In this document: positions 29,008 to 41,355 of the stretch, piece by piece | Layout of the letters: every line of letters begins with the position of its first letter | Position numbering within the stretch: the stretch's first letter is position 1 | From: Euprymna scolopes | Taxonomy: Eukaryota | Length of the DNA: 64,000 nt | NCBI GenBank assembly: GCA_053919585.1 | Contig: CM132819.1 | Direction: 5' to 3' (one strand) | Made by a program: the position numbers and the translations under genes | Notes under the pieces: model-generated | What the model was told of the DNA's origin: nothing | Databases searched by the model: none | Seen by the model: only the letters and a program-made list of their open reading frames with translations

Positions 29008-30898
29008 TAGATAGATAGATAGATAGATATGTGCATCGGAGTCGCCTTTCTTAGCGAGGGAAGGCTGAAAAGACTTCTACATATAAAAAATAGAGAGAGA
29101 GAGAGACAAGACGTAAAATAGAGAGACACAGATATAGACATACATATACAAGGAAAGACATACATAGAAAGAGTCACAAGGTAACATATATAGGGCATTT
29201 GTACCTGGTGGAGACAATCCTCTTCCAGGTTCGTTAATGAATCAGATTAGTAATGCTTTTTGACCCATAGAAGAAATGGTTGGGGGGGGGGTCTCAGGAA
29301 ACAATGTGGTTAAGGCTGGATCTTGAAATCAACTCCGTGACTTCATTATCTATGCCTGGAACCATGGCACTATACAATATCAAGTTTTAACTTTCTTCAC
29401 CAAAAGATTTAAATGAAAGATGCAGTTTGAAAATTCAAATTTAGATTTTTTTTAACTACTATTCTTATGTTAATTGTTACTGTTACAATGCTTCGGCCAA
29501 AGTAACCTCTTTCGTTAGATGCTTTTTTTTAAACTTGGAAACTTGAACTTTGAAATCTGAATAGAATTTTATTATTTAATCCATGGATGTAGATTGTATT
29601 CAATCCATCAGTCATGTGGCTGCGTAGATGTGTTCATTTATGTGACTGAAGTTTCGTCTTCTGAAATACTTTCACTTAAAACTGAATTTTAATCATATGT
29701 TCATATGGCAATGCTTTTATAACTAAATAATCAAGACTGAAGAATAAAAGTTAACATTGTCGGTTTAATATTAAAAGGTGATTGAAAATAATTGATGGCA
29801 TGATTTGAAGACGACCATATTGTAAGCTTCAGGAAAGTAGTCCACTGACGAAAAATTCTTGAAACAAAACTGTGCAATGGAAAGTCTGGCTGATGCTAGG
29901 CACGCAGAAGTAGAACACAAACAGCTTTTCAAATTATAGTATTAAGAGGAGTTATTACTGTGAATGTTTTACAAGTAGGGTGATTGGAGCTCAGTCGAGC
30001 ATCTTCCATGAAAATCCAAATTACCAATCCTCATTCTAATATTTCAAAAATAAAAATTTCTATATGATTAGCAACTATAAAAAAAGGAATCCAAAAAGGG
30101 CCAGAGAATTAAACGGCCGAAACGTTGTGAGAACGGCAACATTCCAATTGGGAATAACTGTTAGAGTTATTTATCTAATGTAAGAACAATATTATCAGAT
30201 TATGACTTGCTGAACATGAAAAACAAATTACAAGAAAATGTAAAATTATTACAAGCGTCCAAAAGAAGTTAATTGAAATACCAATATTTCTTGAGTTAGT
30301 GTTGGCGTAAGAATTGATTGAGTTCGGTGGGTGGGGAAATTTTTTGTTAAAGAGTGGGTGGCAAAGGTCGTGTTGTGAAGAAAGAAAAGAAAAGAACAGA
30401 AAGAAAGGGAGCTGTCAGATAAGTTTTATATACAGTGAAACTCACCAACATCGACCGGTGTACTGTCAAGGAGGGATTCATCTGATTGTGAGGCAAGGGT
30501 GATCCGCATCATAGGGAGTGACGAGGGCAGGTGATTGTGTGTGTTTTTTTTTTAGGAAACAAACGAAGGAAACGAAATGAATGAATGAATGCAAGAGAGG
30601 CAGAAAACTCATTTATTCAAATAATCTGGTGGCACCAAAAGAAACCGTTCCAAGCGGTTCCTAGCACCATCAGTTGTTCTTCATCATTCTCTCAGAAAAC
30701 AGACATGCAAGAATTTAGCACCTCAGAGTCGAAAGTTTGAATTATCGTTTTTTTTTTGTTTTTTTTGTGTTGCATCAAGATTAAATTGAAAAATGTTTTT
30801 ACATAAGCCCATGTATTCTAAGCGATAAAAGAAGCAACAAAAATAAGAAAATTAATTCGCAAAAATTATAACGAAAATGTTTCGCCACTAAAGGAAGA

Positions 30899-30932
<34 letters not shown>

Positions 30933-33250
30933 AAAAAAAAAAGACAGTTGCCACTATTTAAACTTATAGCCAGCCAAAATCAAAACACAGACTGAAAAAG
31001 ACATCCGTTTTTTTAATAGAGCGTTAATAAACAGGCTATCCACTGGAATAGACTTTTTTTTTTTTTATTCAACTTTTTTTTTATATTAAATATGTTCATC
31101 TGAAGAAAGTTGTTTTGGTATAATGAGTACAGACATGATATTTTTAACTTGCATCAAATTTCGAGAAATCCATATAATAAAGACTAATGTGTTTTTGCCT
31201 ATTTCATATAAATCAATATATATCTCTTAACACAAAAGTGAGTAAAATATGTACCTTTTCTAGTCTTATAGCAAATCTATTTCAAATGGCATAACGGCAA
31301 TAATATACGGCACAATCACGTTGACACACCGGTTCTCACCAGATCACCGAAGTTAAGCAACGTCGAGTCTAACCAGTACCAGATAGGTAACCATTTGGGA
31401 AGGCGAGGCACTGTATGTATGTACCGCAAGGTAAAAATACCAGGTTGAGAAACTGGCGTGGTTTATCCTTCTCTCAAGGGTAGATGGGACTCTCTTAAGT
31501 CATGGTAGGTAACCCATCTAGTGATGGCGTCAAGATAAAAAATACCCTTGATAGCTCTGGCGAAACATCAAGTATTCAGCTACCGACAAGAGTTGAATTA
31601 GACTACAAACTCCTGTATGAGTTCACTATCGGCTACAGCCGTGCTGGATGGATGAATTTCAAATGATTAAACGAAATGAGAAAGCAAATAGCAAAGACAA
31701 CCCTCACAATTTGAAACGAATTCAGAAAAACATTCTTCATTCTAAGTAATGGCTACGATAATTTCATTTTGTTCTTAAGGTAAAAAAAAAATAATTTATA
31801 TACGAAAACATTAAATGAATTACAAATCACAACCATATCCATCTTTTTCAATGGAGGGTTTACACTAGCTAAATGATAAAGTTATTTTCTAGGTTTGGCC
31901 CTTGGGTTCATACAAGTGACCTTCACCTTGGCACTATTCTGTAGCTAGGGTTCGGCTTTGTCAGATGGATTTTAGTAAAATATATGGTACAACTTGATCT
32001 TAAAGTTTCACCCTCCCAGGCATCATCCTCTTCCTTCAGGAAGGCAATAAGTATTGCAGGTTGTCTGAGGCAACTATACCAGTGAAGGCTGACATAAACC
32101 TGGATATGTGTCATTGATTTTAGTCGAAAAAAGGTTTTATACCAAATAAAGAGAATTGTCATTGAGTTTTTTTTTTTTTGTTTTTTTTTTTAAGAAATTG
32201 TTTAAAAATCTGTTAGAAATCTAATTAATTTCAGTACTAAGCATTGACCAATGAACTTAGTTGATATTAAAAAATTGAAAATCGACCTACTTTATTGTTG
32301 ATAAATTCTTGATACAATTGAAATTTATCACAAAAGGCAATTTGGAAAATACCTCAGCAAACTTGCTCTATTGTATTCGATAGTTTTCTTAAGGTTTTAA
32401 TTGGATTACATTGTGTTTTCGAAATTTTTTTTTTAAATTAGAGAGATTTTGTTAAGATGAACCTCTGAGTAATAGCTTCTCATCAAGAAGGGCACAAGGT
32501 GTATCAAGATTGATCGATACTCAAACAGACGAAACCACAAAGCAAAATATGGAAGAAATGCACTATTCGTAGATGTGACAGGAAATTTATGGAGTCATGG
32601 AAATTGGTAGATAGGAAAGGAAGTAGGAGACCAGAAAAGAAAGAAAATGAGCTTTTTTTTCTTTGCAATTTTTTATGACAAATAACGTGTCGTTAGTTTT
32701 ACGGCATATTAATCATCTATGAGTTATTTATTCCAAATAAAGTTGTCAAATATAATTATATATGCAGAATACATTGTTCCGAGAATATCTCAAACATGCT
32801 ATATTATCACTTAGAAAAATCAGTTTTTTAATTAAAGGCTTGAGAGCATCGTAAATGGACAGTTGTGCAGCAAAATGTTCACATGTATTTAAATGCTTGT
32901 CGTAAAGTTAGGAAAACGGGAAGCAGGGAGGGAAATTAAGGCAACCGGTCTTGTGTCATGAGCGAATTTCTCGACATGGTTGATTATTCCATACTTCTGC
33001 ATATTCGTTGAATCTGCATATCCCATTTAGTGTGAAAAATCCATTGCACACAGTGAGCCTTTTCATGATGAGTAGCCATATTGAGGGATTCGTTTTTATT
33101 TAGTAAACAAATAAAGCGGTTTCAAATTAAATATGGTATCAATTGCCTTTGTAGTAATGAATTTGGAATTGAAAAGTAAATTCTAAGACAATCGGTAGAA
33201 TTCTAGAATTAATGTTTTGCATAAAGTGTGTAGTCTTCCCTTTTAAATTT

Positions 33251-33316
<66 letters not shown>

Positions 33317-33976
33317 CGAACAAACAAGAATTCCTAACAAAGCCGAAATTAAATTCTTATAATCTTCATGTAGTTTTCATTGTTTTAACTCTGGTCTAAT
33401 GAAATTTATATTGTTCAAAACGTTATGTTTCACTATTTATTTAGCATTGCAAGTCGATTTAATACACTAAGTCAATCTACAAGAATTGTGTCTAACTACT
33501 GCTTAGTTTTAATTATAAAGTGACCTCCCCCAAATGCTGTCTATTGAATTGTTAATAAAATTCATAATAGATTTTGCAATCCAATCATATTTGGTAAATT
33601 CAGTCTTTGCCCGGCTTGTCCACTAACTTTCAATCATTAATCCATATTAGAGTATTTTCGATCTGGTCCAAGGTATTTTCAGGTTAATCTATTAACATTA
33701 AAGAATACGTCAAAATATAATTAAAATTTGAGCAATATGCTACAGACAATCTGCACTGATGACGAATAAAATTCATTAATGGAAGTTATATGGATTATAA
33801 ATGTCTTACTTTGTATATGAAAGTTTAAAAAGTATATATACATATTTAACTAGACGTCAGTTTCTCACATATATATATATATATATATACACATATATAT
33901 ATACACAGGGTGTTTCAAAAGTCTTGGGAACATAACGATTTTAAATATGTTGTAATGTTCCCAAGACTTTTGAAAC

Positions 33977-34008
<32 letters not shown>

Positions 34009-37000
34009 GATAGAGAGAGATAGAGAGAGATATGAGAGAGAGCATTTATATTTAATGAATATATATAGTCTACAGGCTGAATAAAAATGGAAATCCAGCA
34101 AATTATATTTTTTAAATTGAAATTTGAGGCTCTCATATCAAAATGGAAATCCAGCAAATTATATTTTTTTTATTGAAATTTGAGGCTCTCATATGTCAGA
34201 ATTAGATATTTTTAAAGCAAAGGTGACATTGAGGAATTTCGTGAACCGGTCCCTATGTTAGCACTATGCGACGCAATAAATGTACCCAATCGATAGTAAA
34301 TAACCAAACATACATCATGATGCCACATTCATCTTGAAGTTACTCTTAATACCACTGAATATAAACATATGATGGATATAGAGGCGTAAACCTTGACTAA
34401 AAATCTTGCTACTCCATGGGTAGCAGTAATTCCAGTTGCATTCCTTAGCAAACTTAGGTTATGGTTCTGAGAATAGCATGACTTCACAGATATTTGACGA
34501 TAGGAAAGCATAACTGCTCCTGCATATAGTTTATATTACTATATAGTAATATAAACTACATGCAGGTTTAGCATGTCACATACATCCTTATATCAGCGAT
34601 TATATAAAAACACAAAGTTCAATAAACATACCAGGGTTAAATGCATCATAGTACATGAACTTCGTGAATGTGTCATCAATTGATTGGTTGCTAGTTATTT
34701 TTTGTTTTACGGTATATCAACCCTTTTCATGCAGAATCCAGTTATTTTGAAGAAAAGAATTTTTCATAAAATATTTTTTTTTCAAGTTGGTTTCTATTTA
34801 ACCCATAGTTGGGACGCTAAGAGGTACTACCACTCAGGGTCAGAGTGGACCTGGGAGCAATAGCAATTAAAGGGTGGCTCCACAATCCCTAAAGTCCCTA
34901 ATGCCTCACCATCGGATATAATTTAAGGTCATATCCAGGACAGTCATCAATTGATAGATGACTGAAGTGAAATAGATCAGTTTTTAACAATTCATTTGTC
35001 CTGTAGTCTTGATAATCGATAGCTCAACAAAGATAACATCGCAAACAACTTTCACCAGCTCTTCAGACTGTATGTCTTTGTGAGTATATTACTCAGTGCC
35101 AGCCCTATCCACTCTTGAATGTTGCCTTAACGAATCTTTATCTACACATTCTGCCTCTGTAAAGACCCTTGCAAGATTGTCTTTGTGAAATAAGTAGATT
35201 CGTCCGCTAAAGCTGTTTCCTAGAAAATACGACTTGACTTCTTTTTTATGAAAATGTTTAATCACATTTCAGACTGACACTAGTGCATTCATCCAAAACA
35301 ATTTTAAAAACAAGAGCAGACGATTTTTTTACATCTATTCTCGGGAATTTGAGACGATTATTAACAAGAAGCATATCTGTCTATGTTCTGCCATGGCGAA
35401 GCATAGACAATTTTTTTTTTTTTGTTTTAAATTTTAGTTTCATTTTTTCAGAAAATAAAATGTATTCTTTAAAAATAGTTAATGGATGCAAGTACAAATT
35501 CTGTTGGGAAATTCGTAGTTGATAACGTTTAGGGGGATTTACTCCATAGATTATGTGTCCATTATATATATATATATATATAAAGCAAGGTTTTACGCTA
35601 TAATGAAGTAACTACTTTCCAAACCTTCATTACATATAATTAATACATCTACCCCAAATATAATACTGAAATTAACAGGGCTTGTTCATATGAAGACAAT
35701 CATTTAAATCTTATTCCGTTTACAACATTTTGACATTCTTCAAATATACATTTTTGTCAATTTGTTAATTTTCTAATCTTTGTCAAACTTAGAACATGTA
35801 TAGAATTTTTAACCAACCTCTTCATTGAATTCATGGGGTAAATTGTTCTCTTTGCGTCATTGTCATGATATTCTTAGTTATTATAACATCTGCTAAGAAC
35901 TGAACATTCAATTTTCGGAAGATAATGCTTGATAACTAACGTTCTTAATAGTTATACTATGAGACAATTCTTGTATGAATTGTTAATTTTGATTTAATAT
36001 GAAATATTACTTATATTGATATTTTACCCGGTATACATGTACACGATATTTCTTTTTGTACTATCTATATTACATTACATTACTTTTTGTACTGTTTACA
36101 TTCAATTAATACAAATTATCCTCATTTTATAAATTCCGATATATAACAAAAAAATCTTCAGAAATTATTTTATTTCTATCTTAAAATAATACAATCTATG
36201 AATTCATTTTAATATTATAAATACGCATAAAATAAAAAAAAATATTTCAAACACTGACACTTCGAACGAGGTTTCACAACAGTTTTCTCATTTAAGATAT
36301 TAAAATCTCTGACGGTGCTCACATGTGTACAAAGAGATCAACCTGCATGCTTTTTCAATCTGTTAATTATTGTAGGTGTGTTTCTCCACAAACAGAGGGG
36401 AGAGCATGCAGCCTAAGCCCGGATTTTCATTTAAAATGCATCAAGAAAAATAAACAACAGAAAACATGCAAATTTTCAGGAAGGACATCAGAATAAAGTT
36501 TTAGTAAACATTTAATTTTTTTTTAAATCATGCATTTTGCACCAAGAAACTAAACTGTGGTGTGACCCATCAAAAATCGTCACTCATGGAATCGTTAATA
36601 AAATTTACAATCCTTTCTACAATCCAACCAAATTTAATACAAATGCACTTTATCCTATGCCTGACATCTCCACGATGTTACAGCCATAAGTTTTCAACAG
36701 TCTTTTTTCATCGCTGTTCATACTTATGACGTTGTTCATTTGGCACAGTCTGATTTGGCCTGTGATGGCTTCTTCAGTTCAGGAATATGCTGGGACTTGT
36801 TTTGACAGACTTTCCTTTTAAGATAATCTCACATATTAAAATATGTAGGGCAACGATGCAATTAATGCGAGTACATCCGAGTTGTTTTTTTGTTTTTTTT
36901 TTTCTTACAAGTTATTTCAAATGAATACACTTCTTTTGCGGGACATATCAAGTAAAGTTAGATTATAATATAGTCTGTTCAAGATGACAACTCTTCATGA

Positions 37001-40000
37001 AGCGATCACCAAAGTGCCACTTCATATCATTAAACCGAAATAAAACAAAGATTGATGAACATTCACGAAGGAATCTTGGACAAATCAAGTATAGACTGAA
37101 ATACATTTGTATCAAATATGGTTCAAATGCCGAGCAAGTTGCAAATTTTATTAATAACTGATACGTTTTTTGAGAGTCACTCTGTAGTAATAAGACAAGA
37201 ACTGAGGATTGGCCACCCCTTCATTAATCATAAAAATAATTATTATATTCTTCTTAGATCATCCCGTAAGTTTTGTTGGGATTTAATTCTAACATTTAAT
37301 AAGTGATGGAATTAAATAATAAAGTTGTCGATATAAGTAAGATTTAAATAATAGAATTAGAGAAAATTGGAGTAATCAACAGTAATTTTGATTAAATATT
37401 TTGTTTTAGTTATGAACCATCCTGATTCGTGAAAATTACTAAGTAAAAGAACAGTAAAAGAAAAATAACTATAATCAAAGTAAACAGGATTAGCTTGACA
37501 GCATCACAGATTTATACTAAATCAATTTTCATAACTGAAACGAAATATCGATCTAAAAGAATGGTGTGCTATTTAGTTTGTCTTATTCCTGTCTATATGA
37601 AATAATTATTAGCATGTCATTTTCCTGGTTTGATTTAATTTAATTAAATGCTATTCCCTGACAAACTTTTATAACTGAAACGAGATAACGCGAAAGAGAA
37701 TGATTTTGTATCGATTTTCTGTTCTATTTGGTTTTATGCTTTGCCTAATTAGTTTATTCCAGGGGGTGGCGGTGGTTCAGTGGTTAACGACAGAGACTGA
37801 CTCCTGGGTGCGCCAAGTATCCAGTTCATTCCACAGAAACACTTTCACTTAGGACGTTGGCAACCTTCACCTCGTCCCTCCTGTAAGTAGCCGATGTTTT
37901 TCTAGTAGAAATTCTAACCAGAAACATATCATAGAAATCAATGCCAACAACAGAATCATGTAATTCTTATGAACTATGTAAATCAGTCTTATTTCTGTCT
38001 ATAGTTACACATTCTGTCAGATATTTATTCATGTACGTGAACTCGTTATAAACACTTATTTACAAACTGTTTTAACCAAGTTCCATAGAAACAATTGTTT
38101 ATAAATAAGTTTTTCAAGAAAATATGAAATGTATCTGAATCAGTAAACCCTACATGATATGTAATTAAGAGCTTTAGTTGGTAATACAGCTACAATGTGA
38201 TGATCCGTGCTAACTTTAAATCTACATAATATATGTGGATATATTAAATGATATTTTACAAAACAATTTAATTAACTTTCACTGTTTAAGTCTTTTCAGC
38301 GTGATAGCATTCAAGGAGCATTGAAGTATGTTTTAGGAATTATATAAAAATTAACTCCACAGTCACACTGACTCGAAATATTCAGTTTATGAAGAAGAAT
38401 ATCTGAATAAAAAAAAAACTTGCAAAAGATGGTTCACAAAGTTCACGATTGGAACATGAAAACCGATTGTAACATTCAGTTGAGTTTAATTTGGCTCATT
38501 TTTACGTCTGTATTGTCAAATGAAGAACTGATAATGAAGCTTTCCTCAAACCATAATTATTTGTATTCAGCTTCAACAACTTGGAAAGGTTCCTAAGTTT
38601 ACAAAATGAGTTCCTGGTGAATTGTCAAAGGCAATTGCTTATAACTAGTGCTAGGACAACATCATATTCGAGTGTGTATCCGTTGATACATAATTTTATA
38701 TAGAATGATGTGGTTCTCGGTTGATTAACTATTGCTATATGAAGTTTTGCAGGAATTTTTATTTTTCAAAAATACCATACATATAAACTTTATTTTATTC
38801 ACGCAAGGTGTTTTAGGTACTTATATTCATTCCGGTCATGTGTACCCAAATAAAGATTCTGATTTGTCTGAAGCGCATCAATTTATGCAAACAACAACAC
38901 CTCATATATCGCTTCAAATACCCAATTGTTTAAGTCTAGTTTTGCTTATAACTAGGGCTAGGACAACAGCATATTCTTTTCATTCGGGTGTGTATCCATT
39001 GATATATGCTTTTATATAGAATGATGTGGTTCTCGGTTGATTAACTTTGTCTAGGTGTGTTGGATATATACTAGTCAAAACAATGAAAAGAATATGCTGT
39101 TGTCATAGCCCTACTTATAACGAGTTGAAATCTTCAGACACGGCATTTTAATAAGTTCGGAGAGCAAACAATTTAATTACACATATAAAACCCACTAGTG
39201 ATAAGAGTAGTAAATAATGTCCATCAGAAAAACATCTCATTTCAATAAGTGAGTTGTTTGTCCGATTTCATTTTCTCTTGAAAGCAAAGTCGATTCTCTA
39301 GCCGAACAATATGTAAATTAGGCAGTATTATCAGTTTCATTTCGTTTGAATTGTCTTATTTTTACCTTAACGTTTGCCTATCTGTTACATAAGCTAGAGT
39401 TTTGATATTTATATTTTAATATTACAAATGTTTATGCAGATAAATTTGGTACATGTTGGAAAATGACAGTGAAAATAACTTTTTAAACATAATATTAACT
39501 CATTAAAAGAAAGGTGTGACACTAAAAAGCAAATAAAACCTAAAGACAAATTTAACAGTTAAGTAACATCAGAGTAATAATTTAAATTTGGGCGAATCTA
39601 TATTTCAAATAAGGAACAAATAGAGATGGAAGAAGAACATTTTATCATTCATGATTCATTCTTATAAACAGACTTATTATTGTATAGATTAATTAACATT
39701 AATATAACAGATTAATAAAAAATATACAAATATTTGTTAACCAATGCGAAAGATTACAATTAGGATAATTGAATAGACAATATAAAGTGCATGAAATATA
39801 AATGAAAGAATAAAAGACCTACTTTTGGTAACTACTCCTTCCAGGAATATGACATTCGGGTCATCAAATTGTCCCATAATGCTAGCTTCTGTTAAGAAAT
39901 CCAATCTGTTCTTTTCTGTTGCTCCTGGTTTGAGAGTTTTGATAGCAACCGTCATGTCTGGTCGCCCAGGTACTCTCAGCTTTCCTTTGCACACGTCTCC

Positions 40001-40858
40001 AAATTCCCCTAGAAGTTGAGAAAGAAAAAACAATTGATGCGAATAATAGACATGATATAAGTTTTTTTTTTTTTTTACTTATATGTAGAACCTCAGTTTT
40101 TGAAAATAATTCGTTCTGAAAAATTAAAAAAAACAAAAACATTTTTCCAGTAAAAACAATTTTAAATGGATTAATTATGCATTTAATGGGTTTATATAAA
40201 AAATTATTAAAGATCAGTATACATTTTTTCAATACTAATCATTATGTACGACCACGTTATATCAAAAATATTCTCTGAACTGCTTATGTATTAAAAGTAT
40301 TTTACTGAATTTTAATGCACAATTTGTAATATATTTTTTTTTATTTTAGTAGGTAGTTAAAATATAGTTTTTTAGAAAAAAAATTGGACAAACAAAAATC
40401 CAGATTTGGAATAAAAAACTTGGGAGTGGAAACTCCAAACAGATCTGTTTACATTCCATTAATCATTATGGTTTAGTTGTCAGCGTGATTTAGAAATCAA
40501 GACGTTGTTAGAAAACCAACTCTTTTTTTCTTCAAAATCCAAATAGTCCCAGTTCATAGATGTTCACTACCTACGATCCGACTGTATATGTAAATATTAA
40601 GTATTTTTATTTTTAATTCAACAATTTGGACAATTTTTTAAATGTATTTCTCAATATCTAATTGATATGAAGTTTTTCGTTGCACACTGCAAAGTAAATC
40701 TATAATATACCAACCTCCACCAAGGACTGATTCTATGGTGATGTGAGATGAATCTATTTCTCTGGTGAATTCCCTGACTGCTTGGTTAGGGTCTTCGTAT
40801 GTATGAGGATCGATGTATGATCTAATAGAGCCTGGTGGTTGAAACAATGGTACAGTCA
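13643..40858 (-). CDS. Eph: Eph receptor tyrosine kinase, partial (juxtamembrane + kinase + SAM + PDZ-binding tail); 8 exons joined, about 404 aa in window
   Basis: Exons join in one frame with GT-AG introns. Motifs: [76 protein letters not shown] domain, terminal SEGFLV*. Confidence 0.97.
14261..15149 (-). mobile_element. Non-autonomous Helitron-like element with about six internal 140-160 bp tandem repeats
   Basis: On the minus strand it starts A|TCTATATAAAGG and ends with a degenerate GC hairpin and CTAG|T. Unit ...tttcaaatgtttagaccaaaa...tttggtagagaccgc...ggtcaa recurs near 14340, 14500, 14650, 14790, 14930 and 15070. Confidence 0.75.
15398..15540 (-). CDS. Eph: Eph exon: [24 protein letters not shown]...LRKMAKPR, 143 nt, phase 0-2
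   Basis: Acceptor ctttgtag, donor AG|gtttgt. Encodes the end of the kinase C-lobe. Confidence 0.95.
16077..16271 (-). CDS. Eph: Eph exon: [12 protein letters not shown]...YRLPPPM, 195 nt
   Basis: Acceptor ttttccag, donor gtaagg. Lies within ORF 16044..16304. Confidence 0.97.
16396..16509 (-). CDS. Eph: Eph exon: catalytic and activation loop [38 protein letters not shown], 114 nt
   Basis: Acceptor ttctag, donor gtaagc. Contains the HRD aspartate, DFG and the activation-loop Tyr. Confidence 0.97.
17190..17288 (-). CDS. Eph: Eph exon: [33 protein letters not shown], 99 nt, phase 0-0
   Basis: Acceptor ttttgtag, donor gtaagt. Translated manually; not in the ORF track. Confidence 0.96.
17636..18032 (-). 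mobile_element. Non-autonomous Helitron-like element
   Basis: Plus strand actagcagggcttcccggaattgcccgg gives a 3' hairpin + CTAG on minus. The 5' end (ccttttatat...) is degenerate. Confidence 0.6.
18901..19168. repeat. Interspersed SINE-like repeat, copy 1
   Basis: Colinear with 34682-34941 (ctatttaacccatagttgggac...ggtactaccactc..ggtcaga.tggacctg.gagcaat.gcaattaaagggtggctccaca...atatccaggac). Confidence 0.85.
19457..19518 (-). CDS. Eph: Eph exon: hinge ([21 protein letters not shown]), 62 nt, phase 1-0
   Basis: Acceptor tttacag, donor gtaaga. Follows a 20.3-kb intron. Confidence 0.96.
20405..20512 (-). mobile_element. Second 5S-derived SINE head or 5S pseudogene
   Basis: Reverse complement ggttctccttagatcactgaacttaagcaatgttgaatctaaccagtaccagatgggtga. 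Shares tctaaccagtaccagat with the 31.3-kb copy. Confidence 0.7.
23209..23292. repeat. Fold-back/MITE-like repeat family, paired copy
   Basis: tagattcgatattctgtttcggttataaac ... gtttcataactgaaacgaaatatcgaatcta. Single arms recur near 9790, 37525, 37665, 45580, 45715 and 46515. Confidence 0.7.
25950..26200 (-). pseudogene. Possible mariner transposase fossil (HTH/linker region)
   Basis: [13 protein letters not shown]...PLLNR resembles mariner HL..LG.V.K...PFL.RI; weak. Confidence 0.25.
31303..31655 (+). mobile_element. 5S rRNA-derived SINE (SINE3-like): degenerate 5S head (31303-31418), body and short ggat tail
   Basis: tacggcacaatcacgttgacacaccggttctcaccagatcaccgaagttaagcaacgtcg follows the eukaryotic 5S rRNA consensus. 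There is no oligo-T terminator, and about 230 nt of body follows. Confidence 0.8.
33906..33982. mobile_element. Tiny Tc1/mariner-type MITE (about 77 bp)
   Basis: 27-bp perfect inverted repeat agggtgtttcaaaagtcttgggaacat / atgttcccaagacttttgaaacaccct, inside a TA microsatellite. Confidence 0.75.
34084..34194 (+). repeat. Tandem duplication, 2 x about 56 bp
   Basis: aaaatggaaatccagcaaattatattttt..attgaaatttgaggctctcatat occurs twice. Confidence 0.9.
34519..34566. repeat. 48-bp palindrome with one mismatch
   Basis: cctgcatatagtttatattactat|atagtaatataaactacatgcagg. Confidence 0.9.
34682..34941. repeat. Interspersed SINE-like repeat, copy 2
   Basis: Direct-orientation homologue of 18901-19168. 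More decayed pieces occur near 32.7 kb and 54.3-55.0 kb. Confidence 0.85.
37762..37925 (+). mobile_element. Degenerate tRNA-derived SINE
   Basis: ggcggtggttcagtggttaac A-box-like head with a GC-richer body; no complete cloverleaf. Confidence 0.45.
38737..38943 (+). repeat. 207-bp near-identical duplicate of 49502-49708
   Basis: Direct comparison shows only a few substitutions and no gaps. The ORF track shows the same peptide twice. Confidence 0.95.
38946..39120. mobile_element. MITE with about 39-bp imperfect terminal inverted repeats
   Basis: ttataactagggctaggacaacagcatattcttttcatt / aatgaaaagaatatgctgttgtcatagccctacttataa. Confidence 0.7.
39823..40008 (-). CDS. Eph: Eph exon: kinase N-lobe ([11 protein letters not shown]...LEGVVTK), 186 nt, phase 1-1
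   Basis: Acceptor cttctag, donor gtaggt. Contains the VAIK lysine. Confidence 0.97.
40715..40858 (-). CDS. Eph: Eph exon: juxtamembrane segment to Gly-loop ([24 protein letters not shown]...VLGG), 144 nt, phase 1-1
   Basis: Acceptor tttccag, donor G|gttggt. Carries both conserved juxtamembrane autoinhibitory tyrosines. Confidence 0.95.
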
Positions 40859-40942
40859 CTGGAAAAGAAAGAAACATTCAACATTTAATGCAAAGATAAA
40901 ATCAATAACCAGAAAGAGACATCAGCTGCACTTATCTACATC

Positions 40943-40973
<31 letters not shown>

Positions 40974-41010
40974 AAAATGTGCAATAACGCACCCAACCCA
41001 ATTTGCAGAT

Positions 41011-41064
<54 letters not shown>

Positions 41065-41276
41065 CTAAAATTTGCCGATAACTAATTTTTTTTTTAATTT
41101 TCAATATTCATAATTTTCAAAATTTCAGTCTACTTTACGGAAAATCAACTCTGTAGTTATTTAGGTCTGTTGAAAACGATCAGTTTTATGATAAATTAAA
41201 GAGTAGTTTCCATTTTAGCCAATGGTAAGATTATATATTTGGTTCATATCTCTCACAATTACAGAAATGACCGTAA

Positions 41277-41355
41277 TACAGGATGTCCCAAAATAAACCT
41301 ATTTTGAAAAATAAATTAGCATTCAAATAGATGATTGATTTAGGATTATCCTGTA
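41277..41355. mobile_element. Decayed small Tc1/mariner-type MITE
   Basis: Imperfect TIRs tacaggatgtcccaaaat ... attttaggattatcctgta with TA flanks. Confidence 0.45.

Noticed and set aside
31303-31418. Functional 5S rRNA gene
   Set aside because: Many substitutions, no oligo-T terminator, not tandemly arrayed, and it continues into a SINE-like body.
38732-39019. Duplicated small protein gene (also 49455-49727)
   Set aside because: Similarity is confined to the 207-bp duplicated DNA. Starts and ends differ and there is no recognisable domain.
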